Origin: a virus
Taxonomy: Duplodnaviria > Caudoviricetes
DNA length: 33,254 nucleotides
Reading direction: 5' to 3' (one strand)
Virus record (IMG/VR): IMGVR_UViG_3300020044_001617
Location: 1-33,254 of that record
Shown: positions 7,895 to 14,005 of the stretch, one piece after another
Position numbering within the stretch: position 1 is the stretch's first letter
Layout of the letters: each line of letters opens with the position of its first letter
Position numbers and translations under genes: made by a program
Notes under the pieces: generated by a model
What the model was told of the DNA's origin: nothing
What the model saw: only the letters and a program-made list of their open reading frames with translations
The model's database searches: none

Positions 7895-8922
7895 TGAGTA
7901 GATTTGAAAAACCTTGGGCGCATACTGTGAACAAGATGACAAAGAACCCTGATAACTTAAAAGTTATTTCATTCGGGCGTATCGCGGCTAACATAAATTA
8001 CCAGTCTATAAGAAAAGGTTTAGAAGACGCGAGACTCAAAGATGGCTTTAGATTCATAATGAAACAAGTATGCAAAGTCGTAGAAGAAAAACAATGGGTA
8101 GGTTTGGAAGGTGCGGGGGAAGAGGTAGCCAACGCCATTCTTAAATACCCCAAGGTTGCGCTTGAGAGAAACTTTGAAACCCCGCCCAACTTTGAGAATG
8201 TATTTATTGAGGAAGGCAAGATCAAGTTGCCGTTCCCCAAAATTGTTGTTCTTACAGGGCAGTACGAAACCGAAGAGCGCGTCTATGGGTACATGGATGA
8301 ATATGGAAGCCTTGTCAACAGACTAGCTTTCTATGTTGTTACCCAACAAGAAGACGCAATAGCAATACATACACTTCTAGCTGAAGATGTTGACAATCCC
8401 CTACACATCGCCACTACTGGCGTAGAAATTTATTTGGATGGAGAGACACAAGTACTTTCAGTAGCAAGTCAAACCCATATCACTCAAACAAAGTGGATTC
8501 CAAAATCAGCAAACATAATATACGATGTGCTAAGAGCTATCTATATGATGACTTATCACACAGGCGAAGTCTATATATCTGTACCTACTCCAAGGGAAGC
8601 AGAAGTTAACGAAAAGAAGATGCGCAAGGGTAAGAAACCTTTGGTCGAGTTCCGCTTGATCTCAGTCACCGCACAGAAAAGAGTTCTACCAAGCATACCT
8701 CAAGGGACACACGCCTCTCCACGGCAGCACTGGAGGAGAGGTCACTGGAGAACATATAAATCTGGAATACGCGCATGGGTCGAGCCTATGCTTGTTGGTG
8801 ACGAGAAAAACGGTAAGATTGTCAAAGACTACGTTATCGGACACTATGACGAAGATAAAAGAAATGGTACGATGAGGGCTTCAAAAACTCCTAGTCAAAG
8901 TCAGTATCATGCACCCATCTGA
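7894..8922 (+). CDS. Hypothetical phage protein with C-terminal SPRxHxRRGHWR motif (342 aa)
   Basis: ATG 7894 overlaps the polA TAA (TAATG); basic His/Arg motif HASPRQHWRRGHWRTY..G...WV.P..VG. Confidence 0.75.
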   Translation: MSRFEKPWAHTVNKMTKNPDNLKVISFGRIAANINYQSIRKGLEDARLKDGFRFIMKQVCKVVEEKQWVGLEGAGEEVANAILKYPKVALERNFETPPNFENVFIEEGKIKLPFPKIVVLTGQYETEERVYGYMDEYGSLVNRLAFYVVTQQEDAIAIHTLLAEDVDNPLHIATTGVEIYLDGETQVLSVASQTHITQTKWIPKSANIIYDVLRAIYMMTYHTGEVYISVPTPREAEVNEKKMRKGKKPLVEFRLISVTAQKRVLPSIPQGTHASPRQHWRRGHWRTYKSGIRAWVEPMLVGDEKNGKIVKDYVIGHYDEDKRNGTMRASKTPSQSQYHAPI

Positions 8923-9574
8923 AATTAAATGGTCGTACTCCGGTCTCAAGGATTACGCAAATTGCCCCAAACAGTACCAAGAAGTTAAGGTACTAAAAAG
9001 GTTTACAAAGTTTCCTACCAAAGAGATGCGGTACGGTACAGAGGTTCACTCTGCACTGGAAGACTATGTTAAGGATGGTACTCCGCTTGTCAAGAATTAC
9101 GCGCACTTTAGTAAACAGTTAGACCCATTGCGTGACATGGAAGGGGACAAGTACCCCGAGCATCGCATGGCGCTTACTTATGACAAAGTACCTTGCACAT
9201 TTGGCGCAAAGGATTATTGGGTTCGCGGTATCGCTGACTTGCTAGTTGTCAATGGTGATCAAGGTTTCATCGTGGACTACAAGACCGGAAGCAACAAGTA
9301 CCCTGATCCAAAACAATTACAGTTGATGGCACTCATGGCGTTTGCCCATTTCCCTCAGTTGGTGCATATCAAGGCAGGGCTTTTGTTTGTAGCCCACGAA
9401 CACTTTGTGACCTCTGACTATGAGCGCCCTAAGATAGATAGCTATTGGGAAGATTTCACTTGGAATCTTGAGCGTTTGCATAACTCGTTTGAGACAGATA
9501 CATGGCAAGCTAACCCCACGCCCTTGTGCGGATGGTGTCCAGTCAACACATGCGAATACCACAAAGGAAGGTGA
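8909..9574 (+). CDS. PD-(D/E)XK exonuclease, RecB/Cas4-like
   Basis: WSYSGL...CPKQY, GTEVHSALE, RGIADLL, IVDYKTG, QLQLMA and C-terminal CGWCPVNTC (1+3 Cys layout of Fe-S staple nucleases). Confidence 0.9.
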   Translation: MHPSEIKWSYSGLKDYANCPKQYQEVKVLKRFTKFPTKEMRYGTEVHSALEDYVKDGTPLVKNYAHFSKQLDPLRDMEGDKYPEHRMALTYDKVPCTFGAKDYWVRGIADLLVVNGDQGFIVDYKTGSNKYPDPKQLQLMALMAFAHFPQLVHIKAGLLFVAHEHFVTSDYERPKIDSYWEDFTWNLERLHNSFETDTWQANPTPLCGWCPVNTCEYHKGR

Positions 9575-9575
9575 C

Positions 9576-10199
9576 ATGCCGTATTCAGTAAACACATTTG
9601 ATGATATATTGGTTGATCAGATAAAACGGCTAAACCCAAAGTCAATACTTGATGTTGGCGCAGGGGCAGGTAAAAATGGGCGCTTGCTCAGACAGTCTTG
9701 GTATAGTGGAACATTAGATGCAGTTGAGCCAACTGAAAAGTACATAACTGAGTTTAATCTAAGCAACACTTATAACAAAGTTTATACGCAGTCAATAGAA
9801 GAATACATACAAAAGAACCCAACTAACAGATACGATGTAGCAGTATTTGGGGATGTGTTAGAACATTTATTTAGATCATCTGTAATAGATTATCTTGATT
9901 ATTTTTTGTATAGAACTCGTTGGGTCATAATAGTTTGGCCTACACATCATCCGCAAGATGATTACGACAACAACCATTATGAAGTTCACAGATCAAATTT
10001 CAATTTGAGAGATTTGTCTGACAAGTTTGACGTTCAGTATTTTGTGACTAGGTTTGGTTTTGACAACCCTGAACCATCCAGTATCAGTGGGAAGTATAAC
10101 TACTGTGTCATCAAAGGACACATGGTCAGTCAGCGCGATAGCATATATGATTTCACAAATTGGAAATCCGATCTTGCGAGTACACATTTGAAAGGGTAA
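9576..10199 (+). CDS. Class I SAM-dependent methyltransferase (207 aa)
   Basis: Motif I ILDVGAGAG, acidic DAVE after strand 2, YDVAVFGDVLEHL. ATG 9576 follows AGGAAGG; the track start at 9468 is an overlap artefact. Confidence 0.85.
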   Translation: MPYSVNTFDDILVDQIKRLNPKSILDVGAGAGKNGRLLRQSWYSGTLDAVEPTEKYITEFNLSNTYNKVYTQSIEEYIQKNPTNRYDVAVFGDVLEHLFRSSVIDYLDYFLYRTRWVIIVWPTHHPQDDYDNNHYEVHRSNFNLRDLSDKFDVQYFVTRFGFDNPEPSSISGKYNYCVIKGHMVSQRDSIYDFTNWKSDLASTHLKG

Positions 10200-10202
10200 G
10201 AA

Positions 10203-10514
10203 ATGCCTTATGTAAATAAACCTAGACCCTATGCCAAAGAATACCAACAGCAGAAAGCTAGAGGTGAACATGAGCGTAGGATGGAGCGTCAGCGCGGTCG
10301 TCGTTCAATCGACAAAACAGGCGAAGATGCTAATGGAAACGGCAAAGCTGATCGCAGAGAAGGCAAGGATGTAGCCCACGTTCGCGCCTTAGACAAAGGT
10401 GGTTCAAACAAGAACGGTTTGCGCATCCAAAGCGCGGCAAAGAATCGTTCATTCAAGCGTGACTCTCAAGGAAACTTAGTCTCTGAAGTTAGTAAACGTG
10501 AGAAGCGTAAGTGA
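10203..10514 (+). CDS. HNH-like endonuclease family protein (103 aa)
   Basis: GKDVAHVRALDKGGSNKNGLRIQSAAKNRS matches the DVxH..LxKGGSN...LR.....NRS pattern of small phage HNH proteins. Confidence 0.7.
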   Translation: MPYVNKPRPYAKEYQQQKARGEHERRMERQRGRRSIDKTGEDANGNGKADRREGKDVAHVRALDKGGSNKNGLRIQSAAKNRSFKRDSQGNLVSEVSKREKRK

Positions 10515-10544
10515 AAACACCTACGATATTTGTTAAAAAATAAC

Positions 10545-10572
10545 TTGACAATTAGTATTAAGACTCCATAAT
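10545..10572 (+). promoter_or_regulatory. Sigma70-type promoter driving the structured RNA / helicase operon
   Basis: TTGACA (10545-10550), 16-nt spacer, CATAAT (10567-10572); upstream A-tract. Confidence 0.75.
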
Positions 10573-10577
10573 AGAGA

Positions 10578-10760
10578 TGTGTCGTAAGGCGTGAGTGGAC
10601 ACAGAGGCGTGCTTTGCAGATTGCTGGCCTCGTAACCGCGTCAATTAGTCGGTGGGGCTTTCTCTCCTAGAGTTAACACTTTCACCCACGACAGGACTAA
10701 TCGTCTAGGACACGCAGACGTTAAAGAGAGGTGGGGCAGGTGGAATCCCTGCACCTAACA
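10578..10760 (+). ncRNA. Candidate structured non-coding RNA / cis-regulatory leader of unknown class
   Basis: ORF-free, GC-enriched, and begins at the expected transcription start. Stems: TGTGTC/GACACA, GAGGC/GCCTC, ATTAGTC/GACTAAT enclosing GTGGG/CCCAC, CGTCT/AGACG, and GCAGG-TGGAATC-CCTGC. Confidence 0.65.
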
Positions 10761-10774
10761 AGTTGAAAGATAGT

Positions 10775-12346
10775 ATGGATATAGTTGACGACATTGCATT
10801 GCGTTTGTATTGCTCACATGACATGGCTGATCAGATCACCAAGTACATTGACAAGAGCGAGATAGTAAGTACGACAGGCAACCATGTGCAGGTGCTTGTT
10901 TATTGGGGAATCCAAGAGGTTCAAACACTCACACGCTTGCTAGATGTATCCCATAAGATTCCATCCCCCATTGAGAAACACTACGGCTGGCCCGGGATGT
11001 TCCAACCGTTCGACCACCAAAGAGATACTTCTAGGTTTCTCACACTTCATAGACGGGCGTTCTGCTTCAACGAGGCAGGTACAGGCAAAACTTCTGCGGC
11101 AATCTGGGCGGCTGACTACCTCATGAACCAAGGTTTAATTAAGAGAGTCTTGGTTGTCTGCCCGCTTTCTATTATGCAAAGCGCATGGCAAGCCGATCTC
11201 TTCAAGACAGCAATGCACCGCACATGCGCGATAGCCCACGGCTCAAAGCGTAGGAGAGTCATTCAAGCAGATTACGACTTTGTAATCATCAATTACGATG
11301 GTGTTAACGCTGAGCGCGAAGCAATCGAGAACGAGGACTTTGACCTGATCATCATTGACGAGGCAAATGCTTACAAGAACCCAAGCACTGTGCGTTGGAA
11401 AACTCTTGCCAAAATCATCAAGCCCTCTACCTATCTGTGGATGATGACAGGCACACCCGCATCTCAATCTCCCGAGGACGCATTTGGCTTAGCCAAGTTA
11501 GTCAACCCATCCAATGTTCCCAAGTACAAGACTGCTTGGAAGGACATGGTGATGACTCAGGCAACTAGATTTAAGTGGTATCCCAAGCCCACTGCCCGAG
11601 ATACAGTATTTAAGGCGTTGCAACCTGCAATCCGCTACGAAAAAGACCAATGCTTAGACTTGCCTGATGTAATGTATCAGACACGCGAAGTACCTTTGAC
11701 GGGACAAGCGTCAGCATACTATAAGGAACTCGTTAAAGAGATGCAGATTCAGGCGGCTGGCGAGACAATCAGCACAGTAAATGCTGCGGCTTCATTGACC
11801 AAACTGCTTCAGCTATCAGGTGGCGCAGTATATACAGACGACCACAACATTATCGAGTTCGATGTATCTCCGCGATTGCAGGTTCTCAAAGAGGTGATGG
11901 ATGAAGCCTTGCACAAGGTCATCGTGTTCATTCCTTACAAGCACACCATCAAGTTGGTGCAAGACTCACTGACCAAGGAAGGTGTGTCTACAGAGATTAT
12001 TTCAGGCGATGTGTCAGCCAACGAACGGTCGGCAATATTTAATCGTTTCCAAACAACAAATGATCCACAAGTGCTGTTAATTCAGCCACAATCTGCATCT
12101 CACGGTGTCACACTCACTGCCGCGAGTATCGTAGTTTTTTGGTCGCCTGTAATGTCCGTTGAGACTTACCTACAGTGCATTGCGCGAATTGATCGCGTGG
12201 GTCAAAAGAACAAGATGACAGTAATACACCTCCAAGGGTCTGAGGTGGAAAGGCGTATGTACAAGATGCTTCAGGGCAAAGTGGACATGCACGAAAAATT
12301 GGTAGACCTGTATCGTGAAGAAATCAAAGGAGAGAAAAGTGAATGA
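10775..12346 (+). CDS. SNF2-family (SF2) helicase/ATPase
   Basis: Q motif PFDHQ, motif I EAGTGKT, Ia VVCPLS, II IIIDEAN, III MTGTP, V HGVTLT, VI QCIARIDRVGQ. The start is either ATG 10775 or TTG 10763. Confidence 0.93.
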   Translation: MDIVDDIALRLYCSHDMADQITKYIDKSEIVSTTGNHVQVLVYWGIQEVQTLTRLLDVSHKIPSPIEKHYGWPGMFQPFDHQRDTSRFLTLHRRAFCFNEAGTGKTSAAIWAADYLMNQGLIKRVLVVCPLSIMQSAWQADLFKTAMHRTCAIAHGSKRRRVIQADYDFVIINYDGVNAEREAIENEDFDLIIIDEANAYKNPSTVRWKTLAKIIKPSTYLWMMTGTPASQSPEDAFGLAKLVNPSNVPKYKTAWKDMVMTQATRFKWYPKPTARDTVFKALQPAIRYEKDQCLDLPDVMYQTREVPLTGQASAYYKELVKEMQIQAAGETISTVNAAASLTKLLQLSGGAVYTDDHNIIEFDVSPRLQVLKEVMDEALHKVIVFIPYKHTIKLVQDSLTKEGVSTEIISGDVSANERSAIFNRFQTTNDPQVLLIQPQSASHGVTLTAASIVVFWSPVMSVETYLQCIARIDRVGQKNKMTVIHLQGSEVERRMYKMLQGKVDMHEKLVDLYREEIKGEKSE

Positions 12347-12752
12347 CACCGAAGAGCTAGTATCAGATTACCTTGAGATTCGCAGACTACGCGAGTCATT
12401 GAAGGCAACCTACGAGTCTCAAGACGAAGAACTGAAAGATGCTATGGAATCAATTAAAGAAGCACTTTTGGCAATTTGCAATGAGAACAACCAAAACGGA
12501 TTTAAGACACACAGTGGCACAGTTACACGCCAAGTCAAAGACCGTTTCTTCTGCACTGATTGGGACAACTTTAAAAAGTTCATTGAGTTGGAAGGCTCGA
12601 TTGATCTGCTTGAACGTCGCATCCATCAGCGCAACTTCAAAGAATTTATGTCTGAGAGAGTGGGCGATGGCCTACCCCCCGGAGTAAATGCATTGCGTGA
12701 ATACGATATTGTTGTACGCAAAGCTTCATCAACCAGTGAAACATTAGTTTAA
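12339..12752 (+). CDS. Conserved phage replication-module protein (coiled-coil N-terminus; Gam/Gp157-like by inference)
   Basis: GTG 12339 preceded by AGGAGA; coiled coil followed by T..GT, DWDNF, LLERRI, LPPGV. Confidence 0.7.
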   Translation: MNDTEELVSDYLEIRRLRESLKATYESQDEELKDAMESIKEALLAICNENNQNGFKTHSGTVTRQVKDRFFCTDWDNFKKFIELEGSIDLLERRIHQRNFKEFMSERVGDGLPPGVNALREYDIVVRKASSTSETLV

Positions 12753-12763
12753 GGAAATCCAAA

Positions 12764-13609
12764 ATGAGTAACGAACTCGCAACCATTCTCGGCACATCTG
12801 ATTTAGTTGGCCTCGGCCTTGACGAAGACACACTTGCAGTAGCAGGTGGTGCAACCAAAGGCAATAAGCGTATCTCTATTGAGGGACGTGTATTCCGCAA
12901 GATCGTTGGCGGTAAAGAGCAGAGTGTCAATACAGACAACTCTATGAATGTAGTGATCGTGAAGATGGCGCATGAGGCATCACGCACATACTACAACCAA
13001 TCCTACAAGAAGGGCGTTAAGTTGTCCCCTGCTTGCTGGTCTAACGACTCCAAAGTTCCTGACGCAGAGGTTACATCTCCATGCGCGGCAACTTGCGCTG
13101 AGTGTCCTCAGTCAGTCAAGGGTTCAGGTCAAGGCGGTACAGGTTCCGCTTGCCGTTTGTCATGGCGCATTGCTGTGGTATTGCCTAATGATCCATCAGG
13201 CGATGTGTATCAGTTGGTGCTACCGGCAACTAGCGCATTTGGTAAAGAAGAAGGCGGTAAATGGCCTTTCAGACCATACATTCAAATGTTGGCTAACAAC
13301 AATGTATCAGCAGGTCGCATCGTGACCAAGATGCAGTTTGACATCAACTCACCTGTGCCTCGTCTGTTGTTTGCTCCAGTGAGTGCCGTACCGGAAGACG
13401 TACGTGATGTGATTGCGCGTCAAGGCAAGACCCCTGCGGCAGAGAACGCTATCCGCTTGACAGTCTACAAGACTGATGGTGGTAGTGAAGCTGAAGCACC
13501 TGCTCAAGCTGAAATAGCAGAGCCAGTCAAGCGCGAAACAACTCGCAAAGCATCTCCTGAGACTGCCGAAGATGTGAGTGACATTGTTAAAAAGTGGGCG
13601 AAGAAGTAA
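12764..13609 (+). CDS. Putative ssDNA-binding/annealing protein with Cys cluster
   Basis: Lies between the helicase and the primase; beta-rich core, PACWS...CAATCAECP...ACR, flexible charged C-terminal tail; AAGGA RBS. The function is inferred. Confidence 0.55.
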   Translation: MSNELATILGTSDLVGLGLDEDTLAVAGGATKGNKRISIEGRVFRKIVGGKEQSVNTDNSMNVVIVKMAHEASRTYYNQSYKKGVKLSPACWSNDSKVPDAEVTSPCAATCAECPQSVKGSGQGGTGSACRLSWRIAVVLPNDPSGDVYQLVLPATSAFGKEEGGKWPFRPYIQMLANNNVSAGRIVTKMQFDINSPVPRLLFAPVSAVPEDVRDVIARQGKTPAAENAIRLTVYKTDGGSEAEAPAQAEIAEPVKRETTRKASPETAEDVSDIVKKWAKK

Positions 13610-13951
13610 ATGGTCAGAACGTATAGCCCCAAACTTGTTGATCTTGTAAACGAAGACAACGGCAAGTACAACCTCGGCATCGATTTGGCGAAGCATTGCA
13701 TCGCGGCAGGGTTGAATGCATCTTATGTTGCAGAAGTACTTGAGACCTCACGCATGACTGTACATGCGTGGTTCAGGGGCGGGGCTATACGGCCTAACAC
13801 TCGTACCAAAATTGAAGTTTTTATTGACATCTTAGAGGAGGATACAAGACGCGGATTGTTGCCTGTCAACAGTCTTGCGCAAGCGAAGGCTTATGCAGAG
13901 GACATTCTAGGTCGTCCTTTGAAAAGCAGTTCGCTTAAAGAGTCGGACTAA
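13610..13951 (+). CDS. HTH (Cro/XRE-like) DNA-binding protein
   Basis: GLNASYVAEVLETSRMTVHAWFRG is a typical Cro/XRE helix-turn-helix. Confidence 0.8.
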   Translation: MVRTYSPKLVDLVNEDNGKYNLGIDLAKHCIAAGLNASYVAEVLETSRMTVHAWFRGGAIRPNTRTKIEVFIDILEEDTRRGLLPVNSLAQAKAYAEDILGRPLKSSSLKESD

Positions 13952-13967
13952 CTGTCCTTATTGTTAC

Positions 13968-13993
13968 GGGCGGAGCCGGACTCCGCCCTTTTT
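13968..13993 (+). terminator. Rho-independent terminator
   Basis: GGGCGGAG-CCGGA-CTCCGCCC (8-bp stem) followed by TTTTT. Confidence 0.85.
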
Positions 13994-14005
13994 GTCTCTG
14001 CGATC

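Noticed and set aside
8880-8910. Internal promoter for the exonuclease (TTCAAA...TATCAT)
   Set aside because: 19-nt spacer, and the -10 overlaps the start codon; too weak to call.
8909-9574. Cas4-like gene as evidence of a CRISPR-Cas system
   Set aside because: No cas1/cas2, effector genes or array; solo Cas4-like nucleases are common in phage replication modules.
9576-10199. DNA methyltransferase / restriction-modification pair with the HNH gene
   Set aside because: Lacks DPPY/NPPY or PC catalytic motifs; the motif pattern fits small-molecule/glycan methyltransferases.
10644-10701. Group I intron P7-like pair (TAGTC / GACTA) next to an HNH gene
   Set aside because: The elements are in reversed order relative to R/S, no interrupted gene flanks them, and no P4-P6 core is recognisable.
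10702-10760. Pistol ribozyme (CGTCT..AGACG-TTAAA) or FMN/cobalamin riboswitch (GGGGCAGGTGGAATCCC) resemblance
   Set aside because: The pistol pseudoknot partner for the P1 loop is absent downstream, and the remaining FMN or B12-box consensus elements are missing; only isolated sub-motifs match.
10690-10762. tRNA or tmRNA gene suggested by the GCAGG-TGGAATC-CCTGC T-arm-like hairpin
   Set aside because: No TTCRA loop consensus, no cloverleaf with D and anticodon arms, and no 7-bp acceptor stem or CCA; kept only as a T-loop motif.
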